Positions 40,913 to 48,578 of a stretch of DNA of 64,000 nucleotides are shown piece after piece. The DNA is from Thermoanaerobaculia bacterium (GTDB lineage Bacteria > Acidobacteriota > Thermoanaerobaculia > UBA5066). The stretch is taken from assembly GCA_963719225.1 (NCBI GenBank), contig CAVRAY010000001.1, positions 1,248,001 through 1,312,000 on the forward strand, in the 5' to 3' direction. Position 1 is the stretch's first letter. Each line of letters begins with the position of its first letter. The notes under the pieces are model-generated. The model had not been told where the DNA came from. It saw only the letters and a list, made by a program, of their open reading frames with translations, and made no database searches. A program made the translations under genes and the position numbers.

Positions 40913-41938
40913 GTGGCAACGATTCCGGGAACGACGACGATTCCAGCGACCGCAACGCCGGCGCGGGAGGACTTTCACTTCTCCCGGGAGCGCGAGCCGC
41001 ATGCCCAGCGGGCCCGCGAGATCCTGCGCCGCCATGCCGAGATTCGTTCCTGTGCGGGACGAAACGCGTGGAGTGCTCTTCTCGTGGCCCTTCTCGTCTT
41101 GCTGCAAACTTCGTTGGCCGCGCTAGTGTCCCATCTTCCGATCTGGGCGGCTCTCCTCGTCGCGTTCCTCGTGGGGGCCTTCCTGGATCACACCCTCTGG
41201 GTGCTGATCCACGAGTGCTCTCACAACCTCGTGTTCCGCCGTGCGTCCTGGAATCGCCTGGCCGCCATCCTCGCGAATCTTCCGCACGTCCTGCCGAGCG
41301 CCATCTCGTTCCAGACCTACCACCTGAAGCACCACGCGTATCAGGGCGTCTACGAGCTGGACGCGGACATCCCGAGTCGCTGGGAAGCGCGCCTCGTCGG
41401 CCATTCCGCGCTCATGAAGGCGTTGTGGCTCCTCTTGTTTCCGATCTTCCAGGTCACCCGGCCTCCGCGCCTCCGCGAGATCACCCTTTTCGGTCCGTGG
41501 GTGTTCGCGAACATCGGGGTGCAGGTCGCCTACGACGTCGCGGTGTGGATGGCGCTCGGCCCCAAGGCTCTCCTGTATCTCACCGTCTCGTTCTTCTTCT
41601 CGGTCGGCCTGCATCCGCTCGGAGCGCGCTGGATCCAGGAGCACTACCTCGTCTTCGAGGAGCAGGAGACGTCGAGCTACTACGGCCCGCTGAACGCCGT
41701 CGCGCTGAACGTCGGACATCACAACGAGCACCACGACTTTCCGTCCGTGCCGTGGAACCGGCTTCCGGCGATTCGGCGCGCCGTGCCCGAGGTGTACGAC
41801 GCCCTTCCCTCGCACCGATCGTGGACGCGGCTGCTGCTGCGGTTCGTTTTCGACCGCAAGCTCTCGCTGTTCAGCCGCACGATCCGCTCCGAACGCGGTC
41901 CCAAAGCGCCTCCCCAGGGCGATCCGGCCGCGTCCTGA
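40913..41938 (+). CDS. Membrane fatty acid desaturase, sphingolipid delta-4 desaturase (DEGS1/DES1)-like
   Basis: EDF...EPHAQRAREIL N-terminus; His boxes HECSH, HLKHH, HNEHH; GLHPLG...EHY and SYYGPLN...NVG motifs. Confidence 0.85.
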   Translation: MATIPGTTTIPATATPAREDFHFSREREPHAQRAREILRRHAEIRSCAGRNAWSALLVALLVLLQTSLAALVSHLPIWAALLVAFLVGAFLDHTLWVLIHECSHNLVFRRASWNRLAAILANLPHVLPSAISFQTYHLKHHAYQGVYELDADIPSRWEARLVGHSALMKALWLLLFPIFQVTRPPRLREITLFGPWVFANIGVQVAYDVAVWMALGPKALLYLTVSFFFSVGLHPLGARWIQEHYLVFEEQETSSYYGPLNAVALNVGHHNEHHDFPSVPWNRLPAIRRAVPEVYDALPSHRSWTRLLLRFVFDRKLSLFSRTIRSERGPKAPPQGDPAAS

Positions 41939-41947
41939 AATATCTGC

Positions 41948-41962
41948 TGGCACGGGCCCTGC
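41948..41962 (+). promoter_or_regulatory. sigma54 promoter candidate
   Basis: TGGCACGGGCCCTGC followed by an AGGAGGA RBS and ATG 41985. Confidence 0.65.
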
Positions 41963-41984
41963 TCTGACGAGGCAGGAGGAGACC

Positions 41985-42428
41985 ATGCAGCACCGCAAGG
42001 ATCCGTTTTTCCTGGGCGCGCTGAGTGCGGCGCTTCTCGTTTCTGCTTTCGGGTGCGCCAAGGAGCCGGGAACGATCGAGAAGAAGTCGGAGTCGACGAC
42101 GCAGACCTCGCGCGGCGAGGTGAAGACGACCAGCGAGTCCACTCAGACCGGCAACACCCTCGAGGCAAAGACGGAGACGAAGACCGACACGGCGGGCCCC
42201 AACATCAAGGGCAAGGTCGAAACGTTCGTGGGGACCGTCACGGAGTACGTACCGGGCAAGAAGATCGAAGTCATGACCGGCGAGAAGAAGAAGCACAGTG
42301 TCGCGCTCGACTCCAAGGACACGACCGTGGCGATCGATACCGCGGTCGCCGTCGGCTCCCGGGTGCGCCTGACGGAGCAGACAGGAGACGACCAGTCGCG
42401 CCGCGTGACGGTCAAGATCGAGGGCTGA
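41985..42428 (+). CDS. Hypothetical lipoprotein
   Basis: Lipobox-like SAFGC, Thr/Lys/Glu-rich; paralogous to 47506..47850. Confidence 0.8.
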   Translation: MQHRKDPFFLGALSAALLVSAFGCAKEPGTIEKKSESTTQTSRGEVKTTSESTQTGNTLEAKTETKTDTAGPNIKGKVETFVGTVTEYVPGKKIEVMTGEKKKHSVALDSKDTTVAIDTAVAVGSRVRLTEQTGDDQSRRVTVKIEG

Positions 42429-42475
42429 GAGAATCCTCCGGGGGACAGGGTCGATGATCTCGAACCCGGAGGTTT

Positions 42476-44263
42476 ATGTCGCTTGAGACCACAGGAAGTG
42501 GCGCGCGATGGCGGCCGCACGGGATGGACACCCGGCTCGCGGTCGCCATCGGCGTGACGTTCAGCGCGCTTCTGCTTCTCGTTTCCGTGACCTGGGTGAA
42601 CACGTCCCGGCTCATCCAGGACGCCCGGCTCGTGGACCACACCAAAGACGTGATCGGCGAGCTCGAGGGCGCGTTCTCGGCGATCAAGGACGGCGAGACG
42701 AGCCAGCGGGGCTTCCTCCTGACCGGCTCGGACTCCTATCTCGACCCCTACCGGGCCGCCGTCGCCGATCTTCCCCGGCGGCTCGAGCGGATCGCCTCCC
42801 TCACGGCCGACAGTCCCGCCCAGCGGACGCGCGCCACGATGCTCCGGCACCTCACGGAAGAGCGTCTCTCCGAGATGGGCCGCACGATCGAGATGGCCCA
42901 GGGCGGCCGAGAGGATGAGGCGCGGGCTTTCCTGAAGACGGGGGTCGGCAAGAGGACGATGGATGCGATCCGGCAGCTCGTCGTGGAGATGAAGGCGGAA
43001 GAGCGTGCGCTCCTCTCCATCCGGGACCGGCGCTCGAGCGAGACGGCTCGCACCCTGCTCACCACGCTCGGAATCGGCTGCGCGCTCCTCTTCGGCTTTC
43101 TGGTCCTCATCTGGTATCTCATCCGCGCCGACATCACGCGTCGCAACAGCGCCGAATCAGCGATTCGTGAGCGGGAGGCACGCATCCGCCGGCTCATCGA
43201 CGCAAACCTGATCGGCGTTCTCTTCTCGGACGACGGGCACGTGACGGACGCCAACGGGGCGTTCCTCTCGATCATCGGGATCGACCGCGAGAGCTGGAAA
43301 CCGCACACGCACAGCCTTTTCGACTTCACGGCGCCCGAGTTCAAGGAGCTCGACGAAAACTGCGAAAAGGCCCTCCGCGAGACCGGCACGTGCCCCCCCT
43401 ACCAGAAAGAGCTCGTGCGTTTGGACGGGACGCGCGTCCCCGTGCTCTTCGGCGCGACGAACGTGGACCTGGGCGGATCGGGACCGGTCCGTGCGTCGTT
43501 CGTCGTCGATCTCTCGGAGCTCAAGAGGCTCGAGACCGAGCGCAATCGCCTGTACGAGGAAGCTCGTGACGCCGTGAAGGCGCGCGACGCTTTCCTCTCG
43601 GTCGCCGGCCACGAGATCCGGACACCCCTGTCGGCCCTGAACCTGATCGTCTACCAGCTCGCGCGGCAGGTCCGGGCGCTCGGAAACGAAAAGGCGATCG
43701 ACCTCGCGGCGCGGAGCGAAAAACAGGTCGCGCGTCTCATCCGGCTCGCCGACGAGCTGCTCGACGTGTCGCGCATCTCGGCGGGCTCCCTGCACCTCGA
43801 TCCCGAAGAAATGGATCTCTCCCTCCTCGCCCGCGAAGCGGGGGAGAGGCTCGAGGAAAGCGCGCGGCGCGCCGGCTGCGGCCTCACGGTCGAGGCGCCC
43901 GCGGGCGTGACCGGGTTCTGGGATCGCCTCCGGCTGGAGCAGGTCGTCTCGAACCTGCTCACGAACGCCTTGAAGTTCGGGGCCGGCGAGCCCGTGGAAG
44001 TGCGTGTCTCGTCCGTCGGAGACGAGGCGATTCTCCTGGTATGCGACCACGGCATCGGGATCCACGATTCCGACAAGCCGCGGATCTTCGGAAGGTTCGA
44101 GCGAGCCGTCTCACGAGAAACCTACCCCGGCATGGGGCTCGGACTCTGGATCACGCGCGAGATCGTCGAGGCGCACGGGGGAAGGATCGGCGTCGAAAGC
44201 CGTCCCGGCGCCGGAGCCACGTTTCGGGTCACGTTGCCGAGACGAACGGGAGAATTGAAATGA
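42476..44263 (+). CDS. Sensor histidine kinase (CHASE3-PAS-HisKA-HATPase)
   Basis: DGETSQRGFLLTG...YLDPY (CHASE3), PAS, GHEIRTPL, NLLTNALKF, DHGIGI and GMGLGL motifs. Confidence 0.93.
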   Translation: MSLETTGSGARWRPHGMDTRLAVAIGVTFSALLLLVSVTWVNTSRLIQDARLVDHTKDVIGELEGAFSAIKDGETSQRGFLLTGSDSYLDPYRAAVADLPRRLERIASLTADSPAQRTRATMLRHLTEERLSEMGRTIEMAQGGREDEARAFLKTGVGKRTMDAIRQLVVEMKAEERALLSIRDRRSSETARTLLTTLGIGCALLFGFLVLIWYLIRADITRRNSAESAIREREARIRRLIDANLIGVLFSDDGHVTDANGAFLSIIGIDRESWKPHTHSLFDFTAPEFKELDENCEKALRETGTCPPYQKELVRLDGTRVPVLFGATNVDLGGSGPVRASFVVDLSELKRLETERNRLYEEARDAVKARDAFLSVAGHEIRTPLSALNLIVYQLARQVRALGNEKAIDLAARSEKQVARLIRLADELLDVSRISAGSLHLDPEEMDLSLLAREAGERLEESARRAGCGLTVEAPAGVTGFWDRLRLEQVVSNLLTNALKFGAGEPVEVRVSSVGDEAILLVCDHGIGIHDSDKPRIFGRFERAVSRETYPGMGLGLWITREIVEAHGGRIGVESRPGAGATFRVTLPRRTGELK

Positions 44264-44313
44264 AGATCCTGACCGTGCAGGACGACGACGCGATCGCGCA
44301 AGCCTCGCGCTGA
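44260..44313 (+). pseudogene. 17-codon remnant of a response-regulator N-terminus
   Basis: ATGA-coupled to the kinase; MKILTVQDDDAIAQASR* resembles receiver beta1-alpha1. Confidence 0.5.
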
Positions 44314-44366
44314 AAGAGCGAGAACGCCCCGGCCCCGCGGGCTAAGGGGCGTTGCGCAGAACCGGG

Positions 44367-44516
44367 TCAGACGACGCGTCGGCCCCCGATGACCTGGATC
44401 AGGACGACGACGATCGCGATGACGAGCAGGACGTGGATGAAACCGCCCATGGTGTACGACGTGACCATCCCGAGGAGCCATAGCACGAGAAGAATGACGA
44501 AAATGGTCCAGAGCAT
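44367..44516 (-). CDS. lmo0937-family small membrane protein (copy 1, 49 aa)
   Basis: MLWTIFVILLVLWLLGMVTSYTMGGFIHVLLVIAIVVVLIQVIGGRRVV; GGAGG RBS. Confidence 0.88.
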   Translation of the reverse strand: MLWTIFVILLVLWLLGMVTSYTMGGFIHVLLVIAIVVVLIQVIGGRRVV

Positions 44517-44544
44517 GTAGGTTCCCTCCCGTCTGATGGATTGA

Positions 44545-44588
44545 GCAACTGCCGTGCCGTGCAAAGACGTGCAAGGAATGGATCGTGC
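44545..44588. promoter_or_regulatory. Back-to-back sigma54 promoter candidates (copy 1)
   Basis: Minus CGGCACGGCAGTTGC (44545-44559) and plus AGGAATGGATCGTGC (44574-44588). Confidence 0.6.
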
Positions 44589-44632
44589 GGTGAGGCGGGG
44601 CGTGAGGGCACCGGCGTGCGCTGCGCGCCCTG

Positions 44633-44945
44633 TTGCCCCGGCGTTCGAAAGCCCGAATACGGCTGAGCGAAAGCGTGACCGGTTCCGGACGGGAGTTCTT
44701 CAAAGCCGCCTGCACGAGGGGCCTCGAGGGCATCGTCTCGAAACGCCGCGACGCGCGGTACCGCTCCGGCCGGGGCGACGCGTGGCTGAAGGCGAAGTGC
44801 CATCGGGAGCAGGAGTTCGTAATCGGGGGATTCACGGAGCCCGAGGGCTCGCGTCCCTTTCTCGGCGCTCTCCTCCTCGGCGTCTACGGCACGAGCGGAA
44901 AACTCGAGCGAGAAGGAGCGCGCGTGAGGGCGCGCGGCCCGGGCG
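44633..44945 (+). pseudogene. ligD: Internal fragment of an ATP-dependent DNA ligase (LigD ligase domain)
   Basis: GLEGIVSKRRDARYRSGRGDAWLKAKC...QEFVIGGFTEPEGSR..LGALLLGVY; lacks the KxDG motif and most of the OB fold. Confidence 0.75.
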
Positions 44946-45947
44946 TCAGGGCTCCTTCGAGGGCGCTTCGAGGAGGCCGAGCAGGCTCTTTTCCGCCACG
45001 TCGAGCCCCGTCCGCGACGCGAGGGCGTCCACGGATTCGACCGGACGCTCCACGGTGATTCCCTTCTCGAAGTTCTCCAGGATGCGCGGGGCGATGTACG
45101 ACGCGCGGGTGACGGCCGGAGTGTTGTGAAGCGCTTCGGAGGTCTCGCGGACCGCCTCGGCCACGACGCGCTTCGTGGGCGCCTCCCCTCGGGCCGCTGC
45201 CCGCGCGAGCGCGCCCGCGCACAGGAGGCTCCCGGCCCAGGTCCGGAAATCCTTGGCTGAGAATTCACCGTCAATCCGGTCGTGGATGTAGGCGTTGAGA
45301 GCTTCGGGCTTCACGGCCACGAGGGTTCCGTCCTCGTTTTCGTGGCGGAACAGAGGATTGCCTTCCCGTGAGAGCAGCTCCGTGAGGACGCGCACCGCCG
45401 CCCGGTCCCGGATGACCATGCGATGCTCCTTCCCGCTTTTTCCCGTGAATTCGAAAACCACGCCTCCCCGTTCGCGGCGCACGTGCCGCCGGCGGAGCGT
45501 CGTCAGTCCATAGCTGCGGTTCTCCCGCTCGTAAGCCGCGCTTCCCGGACGGACGAAGTGGCACATGAGGATGCGGGCCATGCACGCGAGCACGCGCTCC
45601 TGCGACAGTCCCTTCGACGCGAGATCGGCTGCGACGGCCCTTCTGAGCCTGGGAAGCGACTGGATGAAGCGCCCGAGGCGCGCGAATTTTCGACGATCGG
45701 TCCGCCGGACCCATTGCTCGTGGTAGATGTACTGCCAGCGTCCGGCCCGGTCCCGGCCCACGGCCTGCAGCTTGGAAGCTGCCGAGAGCGAGACGTGGAC
45801 GTTCGTCCAGGCGGGAGGGATCCGCAGCGCGGCAATGCGCTTCAGGACCGAAGGAGGCGCCGGAAAGGAACGGGCGTCGGACCATTCCACCTTCGAACCG
45901 GACGAGCGGCGGAAGCCGGTGCGCTCGAGGCGCTCGATCGAAGTCAT
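44946..45947 (-). CDS. DNA topoisomerase IB (bacterial, poxvirus-like)
   Basis: IPPAWTNV, GRDRAGRWQYIY, RPGSAAY, SYGLTTL, FTGKSG, SAKDFRTW and LHNTPAVTRASYI (catalytic Tyr). Confidence 0.93.
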   Translation of the reverse strand: MTSIERLERTGFRRSSGSKVEWSDARSFPAPPSVLKRIAALRIPPAWTNVHVSLSAASKLQAVGRDRAGRWQYIYHEQWVRRTDRRKFARLGRFIQSLPRLRRAVAADLASKGLSQERVLACMARILMCHFVRPGSAAYERENRSYGLTTLRRRHVRRERGGVVFEFTGKSGKEHRMVIRDRAAVRVLTELLSREGNPLFRHENEDGTLVAVKPEALNAYIHDRIDGEFSAKDFRTWAGSLLCAGALARAAARGEAPTKRVVAEAVRETSEALHNTPAVTRASYIAPRILENFEKGITVERPVESVDALASRTGLDVAEKSLLGLLEAPSKEP

Positions 45948-45960
45948 CGTCCCGTCTTCC

Positions 45961-45975
45961 GCAAGGTCCGAGCCA
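45961..45975 (-). promoter_or_regulatory. sigma54 promoter candidate (topoisomerase IB)
   Basis: Minus strand TGGCTCGGACCTTGC. Confidence 0.55.
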
Positions 45976-45990
45976 GGCGGGAAGGAATGC

Positions 45991-46614
45991 TCATCGAGAC
46001 TTCCGGTCGAGGCGGGCCGGCCGCGACCCCGTGCGAGGCGCGCCGCCGAGACCTCGGTATTCCAGCTCGACGCCGCTCCGGGCGTGACGCAGCAGGAGCC
46101 CGCCGCGGCTCATGTCGCCGCGTCCGACGAAGGCGGCCGGAAACCGCAGGCCCTCCCCGAACACCTCCGAGAGGACGACGGCATATTTTTCGGTGGCGAT
46201 GCTTGCGAGCAGAACAACCTCGAGATCCGGGGCCTGCGCGCGCAACGCGGCGGCGTCGCGACGGAAGGGCCCGGTGAAGGCCGGATTCGCCGGGTCGATG
46301 CCGTCGCCGCCGAAGGAAAGCACGCGATCGACGCCCATCGGATGCGTCGGCGGCCTGAGTCCCTCGTTGGGCGTGACGACGAGGACGCCGGGAACGCTTT
46401 CAGGCGGCCGTGCGAACGTGCGCGCGTAGGCGAGCTTGCCCCGGAAGTAGAGGCCGCTCAGGAAGGAAAATACGTCTCCGAGCGGGGCTTCACCGCTGCG
46501 AACGGCCTCGGCGAGCGGGAAGCGCGCACGGGGCGAAAGCAGCAGCGACGCGCGCTTCCCCCGGCATGACGCCGGCGAAAGGACGAAGATTCGGTGAGCT
46601 GTCGCGCTGCTCAG
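45991..46614 (-). CDS. Hypothetical protein (probable CTG start overlapping the lmo0937 stop)
   Basis: RIFVLSPA...FSFLSGLYFRGKLAYA...VLLASIATEKY...FVGRGDMSRGGLLLR reads as a globular domain; no canonical start between 46614 and the domain. Confidence 0.7.
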   Translation of the reverse strand: MSSATAHRIFVLSPASCRGKRASLLLSPRARFPLAEAVRSGEAPLGDVFSFLSGLYFRGKLAYARTFARPPESVPGVLVVTPNEGLRPPTHPMGVDRVLSFGGDGIDPANPAFTGPFRRDAAALRAQAPDLEVVLLASIATEKYAVVLSEVFGEGLRFPAAFVGRGDMSRGGLLLRHARSGVELEYRGLGGAPRTGSRPARLDRKSR

Positions 46615-46763
46615 ACGACGGGACGCCTGCCTTGAATGACGCGGATCAGGACGACGACGATGGCGATGACGAGAAGGACGTGGATGAAACCGCCCATCGT
46701 GTACGAGGTCACCATCCCGAGAAGCCACAGCACAAGGAGAATGACAAAAATGGTCCAGAGCAT
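46611..46763 (-). CDS. lmo0937-family small membrane protein (copy 2, 50 aa)
   Basis: First 40 aa identical to copy 1; AGGAGG RBS. Confidence 0.88.
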   Translation of the reverse strand: MLWTIFVILLVLWLLGMVTSYTMGGFIHVLLVIAIVVVLIRVIQGRRPVV

Positions 46764-46789
46764 GTTGCTTCCTCCTATTCCCGAACAGA

Positions 46790-46823
46790 GCAACTGCCGT
46801 GCCGCGCATGGAACGGATCGTGC
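46790..46823. promoter_or_regulatory. Back-to-back sigma54 promoter candidates (copy 2)
   Basis: Minus CGGCACGGCAGTTGC (46790-46804) and plus TGGAACGGATCGTGC (46809-46823). Confidence 0.65.
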
Positions 46824-46846
46824 TGTCAATCGGGGAGGAGGACGGC

Positions 46847-47464
46847 ATGGCTCTCTATTCGGCACAGGATTTCACGAGGCTCCTTGGAACGCCGGGGTTC
46901 AGCGACGCACTGCTGACGCAGCATTTCGAGCTCTATCGCGGCTATGTGAAGAACGCGAATGCCCTTCACGACGAGCTCGAGGCCGCGTCACCCGGCAAGT
47001 CGCCTGCTCCGTACTGGTCGGAGCTCAAGCGCCGCTTCGGCTGGGAGTGGAATGGAATGCGGCTTCACGAGATGTATTTTGGAAATCTGACAAAGAACCG
47101 GCCGGCGCTGGAAAAGGGTGCCGGTCTCGGGGCGCAGATCAACCGCGACTTCGGCTCGCACGAGGCGTGGGAGAAGGAATTCCGCGCGACCGGTAGCCTC
47201 CGGGGAATCGGATGGGCCGCGCTCGTGTGGGACGCCCAGGTGCGCCGGCTCTTCAACGTCTGGATCGACGAGCACGACCGCGGCCAGCTCGCCGGGTGCC
47301 CGGTGCTTCTTCTCATGGACGTCTTCGAGCACGCGTTCATGACCGACTACGGCACGAAGCGAGCGGATTACATCGAAGCGTTCCTCGCGGCCGCGGATTG
47401 GGACCTCGCGTCCCACCGCTTCGAGCTCGCGAACGCGCAGGTTCACGTCTCGGCGCACGCGTGA
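46847..47464 (+). CDS. Fe/Mn superoxide dismutase family protein (ChrC-like)
   Basis: QHFELYRGYVKN, NGMRLHEMYFGNL, GIGWAAL and LMDVFEHAF motifs; GGAGGAGG RBS. Confidence 0.88.
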   Translation: MALYSAQDFTRLLGTPGFSDALLTQHFELYRGYVKNANALHDELEAASPGKSPAPYWSELKRRFGWEWNGMRLHEMYFGNLTKNRPALEKGAGLGAQINRDFGSHEAWEKEFRATGSLRGIGWAALVWDAQVRRLFNVWIDEHDRGQLAGCPVLLLMDVFEHAFMTDYGTKRADYIEAFLAAADWDLASHRFELANAQVHVSAHA

Positions 47465-47466
47465 GC

Positions 47467-47481
47467 TGGCACGCGGGGTGC
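47467..47481 (+). promoter_or_regulatory. sigma54 promoter candidate
   Basis: TGGCACGCGGGGTGC followed by a GGAGGT RBS and ATG 47506. Confidence 0.6.
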
Positions 47482-47505
47482 AGCTCAGGATTCGGGAGGT
47501 GTTGT

Positions 47506-47850
47506 ATGAATCGCAAGTTTTTCTCTTCCGCCCTATCCGTCCTTCTCCTCGGAGGAACGGCCGCCTTCGCGGACGACAAGCCGATGGAGAAGAAAGACGA
47601 AACGAAGGTCACGACGACGGAAGGCACGATGAAATCGAAGGATCACATCGTCGTCGGAGTCGTGAAGGAGTATCGGGCCGGCGAAAAGCTCAAGGTTCTC
47701 GTCGGAAAGAAGACGCATTCGTTCGACCTCGACGAGAAGAAGGTGAGCACCACCGTCGATCCGGCGGTCGCGGTCGGCACCAAGGTGAAGGTCATCGAAT
47801 CGAAGGACGCGAACGGGAACAAGACGCTCACCGTGAACCCCACGAGCTGA
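47506..47850 (+). CDS. Hypothetical secreted protein
   Basis: Signal peptide ending AFA, Lys/Thr-rich; paralogue of 41985..42428. Confidence 0.8.
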   Translation: MNRKFFSSALSVLLLGGTAAFADDKPMEKKDETKVTTTEGTMKSKDHIVVGVVKEYRAGEKLKVLVGKKTHSFDLDEKKVSTTVDPAVAVGTKVKVIESKDANGNKTLTVNPTS

Positions 47851-47877
47851 GAGCCCCTTTCTCGTCGCACCTTCGAC

Positions 47878-47907
47878 GGGGACGTCCTCACGGACGTCCC
47901 CTTTTTT
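47878..47907 (+). terminator. Rho-independent terminator
   Basis: GGGGACGTCC-TCAC-GGACGTCCCC followed by TTTTTT. Confidence 0.85.
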
Positions 47908-47940
47908 CCTTGTTCGTCGTGTAACCCGTTGATGATTCCC

Positions 47941-47955
47941 TGGCACATCAGTTGC
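47941..47955 (+). promoter_or_regulatory. sigma54 promoter candidate (ferritin-like gene)
   Basis: TGGCACATCAGTTGC, near consensus, just after a terminator. Confidence 0.75.
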
Positions 47956-47978
47956 TCCTTTCCGTGGGGAGGGCCGCC

Positions 47979-48578
47979 ATGAATCACGCCGCGAAGCGAG
48001 CCGAAGGCCTCAAGAAACCAGCGCCGGAGGGCGTTTTCCTCAGCGACGTCGTCGAGCTGCGCCGGCGCGCGCGGCGCGAGATCGAGGAAGGGGCGGTTAC
48101 GCCCGGATATCGCGCGGACCTCGAGAGTGTCGTGAAGATCCTCAACATCGCGCTGGCGACGGAGATCGTCTGCGTGCTGCGCTACAAGAGGCATTACTTC
48201 ATGGCCGACGGCATCCACGCCGACCCGGTGAAGACCGAGTTCCTCGAACATGCAACGGAAGAGCAGGCGCACGCGGACAAGATCGCGGAACGCATCCGGC
48301 AGCTGGGGGGAGAGCCGGACCTCGATCCGGCCAGTCTGCTGTCGAAGAGTCACACCGAGTATCAGGAAGGAACGTCTCTCCTCGAGATGATCCGGGAGGA
48401 TCTCGTGGCGGAGCGCATCGCCATCGAGTCCTACAAGGAGATGATCGCGTTCGTCGGCGAGAACGATCCCACGACGCGCCGGCTGTTCGAGTGGATCCTC
48501 GGCCAGGAAGAGGAGCACGCGGACGACATGGCGCATCTCCTCGTCTCCTTCGACGGAGAGAAAAAAGGGGGCACCTAG
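47979..48578 (+). CDS. Ferritin-like (bacterioferritin/Dps-like) protein
   Basis: LNIALATEIVCVLRYKRHY, EEQAHAD, RIRQLGGEP, EDLVAERIAI and QEEEHADD di-iron motifs. Confidence 0.9.
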   Translation: MNHAAKRAEGLKKPAPEGVFLSDVVELRRRARREIEEGAVTPGYRADLESVVKILNIALATEIVCVLRYKRHYFMADGIHADPVKTEFLEHATEEQAHADKIAERIRQLGGEPDLDPASLLSKSHTEYQEGTSLLEMIREDLVAERIAIESYKEMIAFVGENDPTTRRLFEWILGQEEEHADDMAHLLVSFDGEKKGGT

